From: Octopus bimaculoides
Lineage: Eukaryota
Direction: 5' to 3'
Assembly (NCBI RefSeq): GCF_001194135.2
Contig: NC_068997.1
Location: 50,662,398 to 50,707,231 of the forward strand
Length of the DNA stretch: 44,834 bases
Both the position numbers and the translations under genes were made by a program. The number at the start of each line of letters is the position of its first letter. The first letter of the stretch is position 1. The notes beneath the pieces were generated by a model. The model did no database searches. It saw only the letters and a program-made list of their open reading frames with translations, and was not told where the DNA came from. Positions 1 to 11,074 of this stretch are shown in pieces.

Positions 1-97
1 CACATTCTCATTTTTATATATATAGATATACTTTTCGTAATGAGATAAAAAAAAAAAACCAAGGCTGTGTATAATATAGAACATTTATAAATCGAAT

Positions 98-145
98 GTC
101 TTACAGCTGTTTCCAGGATATTTATTATTTCCCTTCATCGGAGAC
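98..145 (-). ncRNA. Variant type I hammerhead ribozyme motif
   Basis: Minus strand reads GTCT-CCGATGA-AGGG...TCCT-G-GAAA-CAGCTG-TA-AGAC. Palindromic stem III, GUA site, U4C core variant and one extra G. Confidence 0.55.
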
Positions 146-599
146 GGTGTGAGAGGATGATTAAGCAATAGTTAGTTTAGTTAAGATAGGAAATATAGAG
201 TGAATGTAGGGATATTGTATTTGTAAATATATTGTTTAGGCAGAGTGGTATACATATAAGATTCCAGTACCTTGTGAGTAAAGTCCAATTGTTTTTAAGA
301 TTGGTTGTTGGCATTGTAAATCCATTATTAAGATTCCAATCACTATCGCTCATAACCTATATATATATATACACACACACACGTAAGTGTCAGTGGACGA
401 ACAAGAGAAAGTGGCACTTAACACATTTCAAATGAGTTACATATATCTTTGAATAATAATTTGACTCTGTTCCAACTGACTTAAAGCTCTGTAGGCGTAT
501 GGGGTAAACCTAACTCATCAGATATCAGCAGTCTTCCGATATGTAATGAGATGGGTTCAAGGAAAAACTCTAAGTACACACACACACACACACAAACAC

Positions 600-800
600 T
601 GATAGACAGACAGATAGAATGAGACAGACAGACAGACAAACCAAAAAGATAGATACATAGACAAAGAGTAGATAAATAGACAAAAAGATAGATAGATAGA
701 TGGATGGATAAATAGAGAGGTAGATAGATAGATTGTTAGATAAAGAGATGGACGGATAGATAGAGAGGTAGGTAGATAAATAGATAGGTAGATAGATGGA
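600..800. repeat. (GATA/GACA)n microsatellite
   Basis: Visible directly; similar tracts at 1255-1325 and 8265-8360. Confidence 0.9.
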
Positions 801-890
801 TAAATTTACTTCTAATATAGGATAAAATTTTCTCAAAAAATTTCAAGTGGCCAGCATATTAAAATACCTTATAAGGGGAAAATTATAAAT

Positions 891-1249
891 AATTATAAAT
901 AAGGGCAAAAGAAAAAAATTTCTACACCAATATGCTGAGAAATAGACATTAAATCTTCAATCACCACATACCATATACATCACTATAAAATACACCCATG
1001 GATGCTTGTAAGTATTTCATTTATTTCTTATCGTATTCTCTGCTGATGAGGCGAAAAATCCGTTGGATTAATCCCGAAATTGATCAATACAGAGATAACA
1101 CTTTTTAAAAAATTCCGTTACCTTACTTTCCTCGATTCAACATGATGTGTATTTATAGTGATGTATATGGTATGTGTTGGTTGACGATTTAAAGTCTATT
1201 TCTCAGCATATTGGCATAGAAATGTTTTCTTTTGCCTGTATTTATAATT
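891..1249. mobile_element. Foldback element (arms about 891-1000 and 1141-1249) enclosing the hammerhead; probable Penelope-like terminal repeat relic
   Basis: The two arms of about 110 bp are reverse complements with scattered mismatches. The spacer holds the hammerhead. Confidence 0.6.
1037..1095 (+). ncRNA. Minimal type I hammerhead ribozyme motif (Penelope-like element associated)
   Basis: Stem I TCTCTG/CAGAGA, core CTGATGA, stem II closed by G-C pairs, GAAA, palindromic stem III TTGATCAA, predicted AUA cleavage after 1089. Confidence 0.75.
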
Positions 1250-1569
1250 GTTAGATAGGTAGACAGACAGATAGATAGATAGATAGATAGATAGGTAGAT
1301 AGATAGATAGGTAGATAGATAGATATAAATGTTTGTGTGTGTATCCATGAGTCAATTTCTGTCTGTTTTAACTTTGTCTCGACATTTGAATGATGAGTGA
1401 AAACAAGACCAACATTATCAGGAATGGCGCTGCTTGTTTACAATCAGCCACGTAAACATATCCGGCCAGTGAACTGTCCATTGTTCAAAGACTCAGGGAT
1501 AAATTATTTTACCTGGATGCAGGTGTGGTTTGGAAATAGGAAAGGTAACCAACCATAGAAAAATGTACC

Positions 1570-1913
1570 TCAGCAATGTGTCTCTGAATCATGCCTGAAT
1601 GATGGTAATTGAGTTGGGGTTGATAAGCGTTTATTTAGAACTCTTTTTGATCGGAGGGGAAGTGGAGGAGGAGGAGGTAGAGTTGATGAGGATGGTGGTG
1701 ATGGTGCATGTTCTGATGGGGGGTTCTCTAATTCTGGTGGTTCTGATTTCCTTCTTGGTAAAGGCATTGGTGGTCGTCTCAAAATTGAAGGATTTTCATA
1801 CATAACACTTCCTTGATGTTGGGGAATATTTTTAGATTTCCATTCACAAGGTTTAAACAAAAACTCAGGTAAAATTTGCAAGAAATTTCTGTTTTTCTGG
1901 TAAATACAAATAT
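1570..1913 (-). CDS. CABIT adaptor terminal coding exon (ICIYQKNRNFLQILPEF...VMYENPSILRRPPMPLPRR...PPPPPLPLRSKR...SETHC-stop)
   Basis: TTACTTGTAG acceptor in phase 1, open to TGA at 1572-1570. Contains YENP (1789-1800) and PPLPLR (within 1651-1677). Confidence 0.78.
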
Positions 1914-1952
1914 CTACAAGTAATAAAATAAAATAAAGTAAGTGGAAATATT

Positions 1953-1987
<35 letters not shown>

Positions 1988-2830
1988 CACCATCATCACC
2001 ACCAGCACCAGCACCAGCACCACCACCACCGTTTAACATCCACTTTCTATGCTGGCATGGGCTGGATGGTTTGACTCAGGACTGGCAAGCCAGGAGGCTG
2101 CACCAGGCTCCAATCTGATACGGCAAGGTTTCTGTAGCTGGATGACCTTCCTAATGCCAACCACTCCAAGAGTGTAGTGGGTGCATTTTACAAACCACAG
2201 GCACGGGAGCCAGTCAGGTGGCACTGGCATCGACCACGCTCGAATGGCACTTTTTAGATGCCACCAGCACGGGAGCCAGTCAGGCAGCACTGGCATCGAC
2301 CACACTCATATGGTGCTTTTTACATGCCACTGGCATCGATTACGCTTGAATGGTGCTTTTTACATGTCACCAGTGTGGTATGACGTCAGTGTCTGGGGAG
2401 GCTGACCGGAAGGGGAAAAAAGGTAGAAGGAGCCTCGATTGGCATTTCGTGCCCTTTTCGAACGGGGCTGCGGTCAGGACAAGACGTGTTAAGCGACGGT
2501 CTAGGTTTGGGAAGGTTTGGGAGAAGCAGCTGCTATTCCTGGTGTACTTTGGGTCGGGGCAAGCTTCAAGGATAGGATACCGCAAGACGGACTCGCAGTC
2601 GAGGAAAGGAAAACCGAGGTAAGGCGATTACATCTACTCGTACGCACACACCACAACCAGCACGGGAGCCAGTCAGGCAGCACTGGCATCGACCACAACA
2701 ACGATTTCACTTGACTCAGTAAGTCTTCTCAAGCACAGCGTATTATCTGATGATTGAAGGGTACTTTTAAACGGGCTGGTTATGCAACACCGGTATAAGC
2801 CATGGATACGATCTCACTTGGCTTGCTGGG
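1988..2830 (-). mobile_element. RTE LINE 3' region with tandem subrepeats, interrupted by the solo LTR
   Basis: Reverse complement of the 3' region seen at 26040-26974 and of the (GAT)n-tailed copy ending near 9398. Confidence 0.7.
2374..2655. mobile_element. Solo LTR, 282 bp
   Basis: Termini TGTGGT...ACCACA (TG..CA, 6-bp inverted) and 5-bp target duplication ACCAG at 2369-2373 and 2656-2660. GC/CpG-rich; interrupts an RTE 3' repeat. Confidence 0.75.
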
Positions 2831-4267
2831 TCTTCTCGATAATAATATATTGTTATTATTATTATTATTATTCAGGTCACTGCCTGAAATTGAACTTGGA
2901 ATCTTGGGGTTAGTAGCCTGCACTCTTAACCACTACACCATATGCCCGTAAGCATATGCTGTAGTGGTTTCAAATTTTGGCACAAGGCTAGCAATTTCAG
3001 GGAGGAAATAGGTCGGTTACATTGACCCCAGTACTTACTTTATTGCCCCTGAAATGATGAATGGCAGAGTCAACTTCTATGGGATTTGAACTCAGGATGT
3101 AAAGACGGATGAAATGTTGCTAAGCGTTTTGCCCTGCATGCTAATGATTCTGCCAGCTCAATGCCTTTATATTAAACGCCATCATCGTTTAATGTCCGTT
3201 CTCTATGCTGGCATTGGTTGAACGGTTTGACAGGAGTTGGCCATCCAGGGAACTGTCCAGACTCCAGTTGTCTATTTTGGCAAGGTTTCTAAGGCTGGAT
3301 GCCCTTCCTAAACATCAACCACTTTACAGGGTGTTCTGGGTGCTTTTTATGTGTCACCGGCATGGGTGCATTTATGCTCCGAATTTGATGGACATATAGT
3401 GGTACATAAGCCAAATCAGAAAATCTCTAGTGAGACTTTTTATTGATGTAGTTCGAAGAGACACAGAACAGGTCGAAACATGTGTTGTACCCAATAAAAT
3501 CTTTTACTCATTCCATCTATTTTATTAATACTATAGCAAAAATTTAGATTCAGATGAATTAGGTACTTAAGTTGAGGCACCAGAATTTAGTACGGTATTA
3601 TCCATACAGTTTCAAAATAAGGTGATTAAAATCAAAATAAGCAACAAGGATATCCAGAGGTAATGCAGCACGATCGTTTCAAGCGACTCCATTTAATTGA
3701 ACAATGCAACCATTACATCCGAATCTAAATTTTTGGTTATTAATACTTTTTATATATATATATATATATATATATCATCATCATCATCATNNNNNNNNNN
3801 NNNNNNNNNNNNNNNNNNNNNNNNNNNNNNNNNNNNNNNNNNNNNNNNNNNNNNNNNNNNNNNNNNNNNNNNNNNNNNNNNNNNNNNNNNNNNNNNNNNN
3901 NNNNNNNNNNNNNNNNNNNNNNNNNNNNNNNNNNNNNNNNNNNNNNNNNNNNNNNNNNNNNNNNNNNNNNNNNNNNNNNNNNNNNNNNNNNNNNNNNNNN
4001 NNNNNNNNNNNNNNNNNNNNNNNNNNNNNNNNNNNNNNNNNNNNNNNNNNNNNNNNNNNNNNNNNNNNNNNNNNNNNNNNNNNNNNNNNNNNNNNNNNNN
4101 NNNNNNNNNNNNNNNNNNNNNNNNNNNNNNNNNNNNNNNNNNNNNNNNNNNNNNNNNNNNNNNNNNNNNNNNNNNNNNNNNNNNNNNNNNNNNNNNNNNN
4201 NNNNNNNNNNNNNNNNNNNNNNNNNNNNNNNNNNNNNNNNNNNNNNNNNNNNNNNNNNNNNNNNNNN

Positions 4268-4374
4268 ACCACATGTCCATACCAGCGCAATCGTCTCTCT
4301 TGCACGCCACAACTGATGCTTCTAATGTTCAGCTTTTCTCTTAAGATACTTACACTCTGACGGGTATTCACATT

Positions 4375-4378
<4 letters not shown>
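4268..4378 (-). mobile_element. RTE LINE fragment
   Basis: Translates VNVNTRQSVSILREKLNIRSISCGVQERRLRWYGHV, near-identical to part of the 25.7-kb copy. Confidence 0.85.
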
Positions 4379-4412
<34 letters not shown>

Positions 4413-4908
4413 TATATAGCCAGGAAATGTAGGCGCATGGCTCAGTGGTTAGAGCGTCAGGCTGACAATGAAGTAGTAAATTTGATTCCCAGACTGGGAT
4501 GCGTGTCCTTGAGCAAGACACTTTATTTCACATCACTCCAGTTTACTCAGCTGGCAAAAACGAGTAGTGATGTAATTGGTGCCAAGCCGTATCGGCCTTT
4601 GCCTTTCACTTGGATAACATCAGTGACAGGGAGATTGGAGGCTGGTATGCATGGGCGACCATTGGTCTTCCATAAACAACCTTGCCAGAAATGTTTATAT
4701 TTCTGCAAATCCACCAGTTCAAATTGTCATCTTTTTATTAACTCCAAAATGATGAAAGTTGACCATGGTAGGATTTGAATTCAGAGTATAGAGAGCCATG
4801 CCTGTGTTAAATATTGAATAGCCTTGAGGCTAAATGATTACTATTAAATAACCAATCCTGGTAATCAAAGAAATTATATTTTTTTATCATAATCTGAAGG
4901 CAATTTAC

Positions 4909-5070
4909 CTGTGAAATTCCTTGCGTTGTATGTTGGTAATGAAGACAGATTTGACTTTAAACGTGCATAGTATGGGAGCCAAGCATATTTACTAGAGTAA
5001 CGTACATCATGAGCACGTTCGACGTCTATGTTTAACTCAATAGGCAGTATAAATTCACGAGCAGGCACAT
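4909..5070 (-). CDS. CABIT adaptor coding exon 4 (VPAREFILPIELNIDVERAHDVRYSSKYAWLPYYARLKSNLSSLPTYNARNFT)
   Basis: TTTTTTCAG acceptor, CAG|GTAAAT donor, 162 nt, phase 1-1. Confidence 0.82.
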
Positions 5071-5853
5071 CTGAAAAAAGATAATTAATGAAATAATGAG
5101 GATTTTACTTGAAAAATTATCATAAATACTATCTCACAGTGTTATAAAATGCAATCAGTGAATTAAAATTAATTTTCTATTTTTAATGGAATAGTGCAGT
5201 TGAAATCTTCAATAATAAAAGAAACTTGAAGACCACATTTTGATAAAAATATATTAAAGTTAGAAGTTTTAAGTATTTTCTAGACAGTGTAGACTTTACT
5301 AATCGCTTTCTTTTAATAAAGGTTATACACTTTTAACTAACTGATAAACAGCTTTCTTTATTTTAGAGTATAGAATTATAAAACATTAGGCCATATATCA
5401 CGATTAAAAAAAATTTATTTACTGGTTCTGCTGTTTTTTTTTCATGCAATAGAAGAAACATTGAGCCGAAGGATAAGATACCGAATTAGAAGTATTGAGA
5501 TTGAAGTCAAGAATGCAAAGAGAAAGCATAGCTATCAACCAGACAATTGGAGCCTGGTGCAGCTCTCTGGCTTGCCAGCTTCTGTCAAATGGACGATAAA
5601 TAATGATGATGGCCTTTGTGCGGGTGACACGTAAAAGCATCCACTACACTCCCTGAGTGGTTGGCGTTAGGAAGGGCATCCAGCTGTAGAAACTCTGCCA
5701 GATCAGATTGGAGCCTGGTGTTGCCATCTGGTTTCACCAGTCCTCAGTCAAATCGTCCAACCCATGCTAGCAAGTGTCTTCTACTATAGCCTCGGGCCGA
5801 CCAAAGCCTTGTGAGTGGATTTGGTAGACGGAAACTGAAAGAAGCCCGTCATA

Positions 5854-5900
<47 letters not shown>

Positions 5901-6344
5901 CTGTGTTTGTCCCCCCACCATCGCTTGACAACCGATGCTGGTGTGTTTACGTCCCCGTAACTTAGCGGTTCGGCAAAAGAGACTGATAGAATAAGTACTA
6001 GGCTTACAAAGAATAAGTCCTGGGGTCGATTTGATTCAACTAAAGGCGGTGCTCCAGCATGGCCGCAGTCAAATGACTGAAACAAGTAAAAGAGTAAAAG
6101 AGTATATGTATGTATGTATATAATACATATATGATAGGCTTCTTTCAGTTTCCATCTCTCAAATTCACTCACAATGCCTCGATTAGAAGACACTTGCCCA
6201 AGGTGCTGCACAGTGGGACTGAACCCGAGGCCATATAGATGGGGAAACAAGCTACTTAACCACACAGCCATGCCTGCATCTTTGGAGTCATAATATAGAA
6301 AATAATAAAAATGTCTAAAAATGATAAATAAAAACACATCATAC

Positions 6345-6527
6345 CATCGATCATATCGTAACACAGAAGAAATGTTAGGGATCTTTTCTGTGTAATTGTA
6401 ACTTCGCGTGTATATCTGAATAAATCATGGTGAGATGAAGTTGGGAGTTCAGACTGGAGATTAACAGTAAATGGTAAGGAATACTTCAGCAGAGCAGAAG
6501 CCAGTGTTTCTAATTGATTAGGTCTGC
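6345..6527 (-). CDS. CABIT adaptor coding exon 3 (RPNQLETLASALLKYSLPFTVNLQ...EVTITQKRSLTFLLCYDMID)
   Basis: TTATTTCAG acceptor, G|GTATGA donor, 183 nt, phase 1-1, stop-free. The L....KYSLPF.V pattern resembles the second CABIT half. Confidence 0.82.
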
Positions 6528-7281
6528 CTGAAATAAATAAATAAATGAATAGATAAATAGACAGACAGACAGATAAACAAACAGACAGACAGATATATAT
6601 ATATATATATATATATATANNNNNNNNNNNNNNNNNNNNNNNNNNNNNNNNNNNNNNNNNNNNNNNNNNNNNNNNNNNNNNNNNNNNNNNNNNNNNNNNN
6701 NNNNNNNNNNNNNNNNNNNNNNNNNNNNNNNNNNNNNNNNNNNNNNNNNNNNNNNNNNNNNNNNNNNNNNNNNNNNNNNNNNNNNNNNNNNNNNNNNNNN
6801 NNNNNNNNNNNNNNNNNNNNNNNNNNNNNNNNNNNNNNNNNNNNNNNNNNNNNNNNNNNNNNNNNNNNNNNNNNNNNNNNNNNNNNNNNNNNNNNNNNNN
6901 NNNNNNNNNNNNNNNNNNNNNNNNNNNNNNNNNNNNNNNNNNNNNNNNNNNNNNNNNNNNNNNNNNNNNNNNNNNNNNNNNNNNNNNNNNNNNNNNNNNN
7001 NNAAATTCATAAACTTATCAATAATATTCTCAGGAAATCAATATTTAATATTTCTAAAGATATATATCCAATATGACATGGTAATATAATGAATTTAAAA
7101 TATAAATATACGAAATATAAATATAAACATGTATAAAAATATGAATGTAGATAAAGATACATGTGAATATAAATGTGTATAAAAATTTTATGCGTAATTA
7201 AGCATGAATATTGTAAAGTCTAAAATATAAAAAAGCCTAAAATTTAAAGAATTAAACATCTGACGATCGTTTCGCGGATAT

Positions 7282-7315
<34 letters not shown>

Positions 7316-8113
7316 AATCCCCTGAGACCCCTTTTGGAGCCCCCCCACCTATATATACTGTCAAAAATGTGGTGCATGCAAGTATTTAATAAAGTGGGGG
7401 CACGTGGCTTAGTGATTAGGGCATTTGGCTCATGATCATAACAACAGGAGTTTAATTTCCAACAGTTCATTGTGTCCTTGAGCAAGACACTTTATTTCAT
7501 GTCGCTCCAGTTCATTCAGATGGCAAAAAAGAGAAGTAACTATATTTCAAAGGGACAGCTTTGTCACATTCCGTGTCATGCTGAATCTCCCTGAGAACTA
7601 CATTAAGGGTACGTGTGTCTGTGGAGAACTCAGCCACTTGTATGTTAGTTTCATGAGCAGGCTGTTCTGTTGATTGGATCAACTGAAACCCTCATCACCA
7701 TAACTGATGGAGTGCCAGTTCATGCATAAAGGAGAGGCCATTATTTTATGCCTTGCAACACAGGAAAACCATCTGATCCATACCAAGTGGTTACTTAACA
7801 AGGTTAAAAACCCTCACATATTTGGCATGTTTTGGTTCCTCTATAAAAACAAAAACAAAACAATGAAGATCAAAAGTCAAATAGGAGAAATGACCTTTCT
7901 ACAGGATCTTAGAATTAATGCTGCTGGATATACTGAGGTGCTGAAAGAGAAGTTAAAGACATTAAGGTTATGTAGAAGATAATCAGTGGCTCGTTACAAT
8001 GGCAACAGTATATCATGTAATGAAATAAATGGAGGGTGTTGACAAAGAGAATTCATAAATGATTTAATTAGGATAAGATGGCTAATTAGAAAAAAATGAA
8101 TATTAATAAATAC

Positions 8114-8222
8114 CTTTTGATATCGTGAATTGGCAGTCACTTTCATATGGTGCAGTTAAAACACAAACAGAATTGAAACCGATAACTCTTTCTTGTTGAA
8201 AGACCTTACAGACGGCAATCAC
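8114..8222 (-). CDS. CABIT adaptor coding exon 2 (VIAVCKVFQQERVIGFNSVCVLTAPYESDCQFTISK)
   Basis: TTTCCTTTAACAG acceptor, AAG|GTATTT donor, 109 nt. Phase 0 to 1 bridges the neighbouring exons exactly. Confidence 0.8.
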
Positions 8223-8324
8223 CTGTTAAAGGAAAGAAATTATAAATACATACATAGATACATATCTATCTGTCCGTCCATCTGTCTATCTATCTATCTA
8301 TTTAATCTGTCTGTCTGTCTAATT

Positions 8325-8362
<38 letters not shown>

Positions 8363-8492
8363 AGGGCTCTACCTTCTGGAACTCCAAATAAGACTCTGTC
8401 TCCAAAGAATTTATAACACATATGCACTTGTTATTAATATTGGCATAATGACTCTCCCCGGACACAATAAAAGACTTGCTTTTAATATTTAC

Positions 8493-8627
8493 CTGATCTT
8501 TTTCGAGTGTTGTCTCTTCTGAACTACCATAATATCCTTCTGCTGGTTTTATAATCATAGGTAGTCTGTAAGGCCCTTTAAAATACTCTGATAAATGTTG
8601 TTTTCTACCCCATAAATACATGGCCAT
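8493..8627 (-). CDS. CABIT-domain adaptor (GAREM/THEMIS-like), first coding exon (MAMYLWGRKQHLSEYFKGPYRLPMIIKPAEGYYGSSEETTLEKDQ)
   Basis: Acceptor TTTTACAG before 8677; ATG at 8627 in AAAATGG context; donor CAG|GTAAAT. The W...L....YRLP.I..GYYG pattern resembles the CABIT N-terminus (GAREM1 W..VPLDLLVSTYRLPQI). The exon is also open upstream of the ATG. Confidence 0.78.
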
Positions 8628-8844
8628 TTTCTCATGAAGCAGCAGCTTGACAACGAACAACCAAATATGAATTTGTGCTGTAAAAACAAATACAAAAAAA
8701 ATGAAATTAAATGTATGTTGTGTGGCTAAGAAATGTATTCCTCCAATCACATGGTTCTGGGTTCAGTCTCACTGTCCTGCACTTTGGGCAAATGTCTTCT
8801 ACTTCACTGATCACAACCTTGTGAGTGGATTTAGCAGATGGATT

Positions 8845-9120
8845 ATACGGGACCAGATACTGCAACAGCTTGGGTTTCAAGGGCCCACAGCTCTTGTATG
8901 ATATGACGTAGGTGTCTTCAGAACAAATCTGGATCTTCTCCTGTCAAGGGTTCCAGACGAACCTACCTCACAGCAAGAAACCCAGATGAGGGCAGCAGCA
9001 TCAAACTCCCTCATTCACCAAATGCCACATATTAGAGGAGGTTTCAAATAATGAAGGTGTAGCACAGTGGACAGTGGTGCCCCAGCATGATCGCACCTTT
9101 GGAGCTGAAGCAATTTAATG
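8845..9120 (+). mobile_element. CR1/L2-group LINE 3' end
   Basis: NSLGFKGPQL...FRTNLDLLLSRVPDEP...RAAASNSLIHQ-stop at 9051, followed by a GGTGCCCCAGCATG tail. Confidence 0.7.
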
Positions 9121-9402
9121 ATTTAAAGATTTACACACACACACACACAGCACGTAAAATACACCATTTTGAGCGTGGCTGTTACCAGTACCACCTGGCT
9201 GGCTTTCGTGCCGGTGGCACGTAAAAGCACTCATTACACTCTCGGAGTGGTTGGCGTTAGGAAGGGCATCCAGCTGTAGAAACTCTGCCAAATCAGATTG
9301 GAGCCTGGTGTAGCCATCTGGTTCGCCAGTCCTCAGTCAAATCGTCCAACCCATGCTAGCATGGAAAGCGGACGTTAAACGATGATGATGATGATGATAT
9401 AG

Positions 9403-9810
9403 GCACAGGCATGGCTGTGTAGTAAGAAGCTTGCTTCCCAACCACACGGTTCTGGGTTCAGTCCTGCGGTGTGGCAACTTGGGCAAGTGTCTTCTGCTAT
9501 AGCTTCAGGCTGGCCAAAAACCTTCTAAATGAATTTGGTAGATGGAAACTGAAAGAAACTCCATGTATATGTATTTATGTATGTGGTGTCTTTGTGTCTG
9601 TGTTTGCCCCCTCCCCCCACCATCACTTGACAACTGATGTTGGTGCGTTCATGTCCCCATAACTTAGCGGTTCGGCAAAAGTGACTGACAGAATAAGTAC
9701 CAGGCTTACAAAGAATAAGTCCTGGGATCAATTTCTTCGACTAAAAACCTTCAAGGCAGTGCTCCAGCATGGCCACAGTCAAACGACTGAAACGATTAAA
9801 AGAATAAAAA
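9403..9810 (+). mobile_element. SINE family 1 copy
   Basis: Colinear with 35079-35548. Confidence 0.85.
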
Positions 9811-10924
9811 GATATATATACATATATACACAAGCGAAGGCCTGCGACTTAGTTGTCAGCGTAATCAGCTCACAATTGTAATGTCAGGACGTAGATTCCT
9901 GGTTGTGTTGTGTCCTTGAGCAAGACACTTTATTTCACGTTGCTCCAGTCCACTCAGCTGGCAAAAATGAGTTGTACCAGTAATTACAAAAGGGCCAGCT
10001 TTGTCATATTCCGTGTCACACTGAATCTGCCTGAGAACTATCTCAGAGTTACGTGTGTCTGTGGAGTGGGCTTGGCCTTATGCATGTCAATTGTAAAATG
10101 TGGTTGGGTGATAGAAATTGCCCACACATATCTTATATCAGTGAGTGCATTTGTGAACAATGACAGGTTGACACAAATTTTGTTCACACAACAAACGAAC
10201 AATGGGACACATACACAACATAACAATATCCTGCAATAACTGCTGAATAATAATTGAGATCGTGATAAAATAATGATAAAGATATTTATGAAAAACATAA
10301 TATTGATAATGGTAAAAAGTTACAAAAATCTCAACAAGGACAATTATAGCAAATAATGATTTCAAATTTTGGCACAAGGTGAGCAACTCTGAGGCAGGAG
10401 GAAGTCGATTACATTGTCAACTGGTATTTATTTTATAGACCCTGAAAGGATGAAAGGCAAAGTCGACCTCGGTGGATATTGAACTCAGAACGTAAAGACT
10501 GATGTAAGGCCGCTTAGCATTTCATCTGGTGTGCTAACGATTCTGCCTGCTTGCCACCTTACTACTACTACTACTACTACTACTACTAATAATAATAATA
10601 ATTTCTTTATTGCCTAAACGGTGAACAGGTGTGGTCACGGTTAACATCCATTTTCCTTGCTGGCATGCGTTGGACGGTTCGACTGCACCAGGCTCCAGTC
10701 TGATCTGGCAGAGTTTCTACAGCTGGATGCCCTTCCTGACGCCAACCACTGCAAGCGTGTAGTGGGTGCTTTTTATGTGCCACCAGCACAGGGGCTTCAG
10801 GAGGTTTACGCAAAAATTCTAGATGGAAAATCATATAATATTCGTCGTTTTAGACATTGGAGAGGTACTTCATCAGACTAGCATAAAAGGTATGCTATTA
10901 CACTGGGCGTCCTTCAGACCTTGT

Positions 10925-11062
10925 TGTATGGAAAATATGTTTATTCTACCTGTGCATCTTCCACACACAAAAGCTATTTTCCCTGTTAACCTTCCTCTGA
11001 TATTACTGCTCCTCTTATGTGTCCATAGCTTACACCGGGTACATCTTATGAAAGTCTCTACC
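10925..11062 (-). mobile_element. RTE LINE fragment (Cys-rich segment)
   Basis: Minus strand translates GRLTGKIAFVCGRCTG. Confidence 0.55.
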
Positions 11063-11074
11063 TATATATATATA

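Noticed and set aside
4430-4500. tRNA gene-like sequences (also 7385, 20229, 35079 and 40370-40440)
   Set aside because: These are SINE heads with A/B boxes but no complete cloverleaf, each followed by a SINE body.
3697-4521. Long ORFs running through N gaps (also 6510-7010, 20264-20851, 39073-39730 and 42529-43411)
   Set aside because: Artefacts of untranslatable N runs.
5440-5545. Plus-strand frame AIEETLSRRIRYRIRSIEIEVKNAKRKH after an acceptor-like site
   Set aside because: No donor, no partner exon and no recognisable homology; it runs into a repeat.
8352-8492. Extension of the CABIT exon to the end of the 132-aa ORF
   Set aside because: CAG|GTAAAT at 8493 splices in frame to a better next exon; the extension runs into a microsatellite.
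10835-10885. Minus-strand CTGATGA as a hammerhead core
   Set aside because: No properly spaced GAAA and no stem I.
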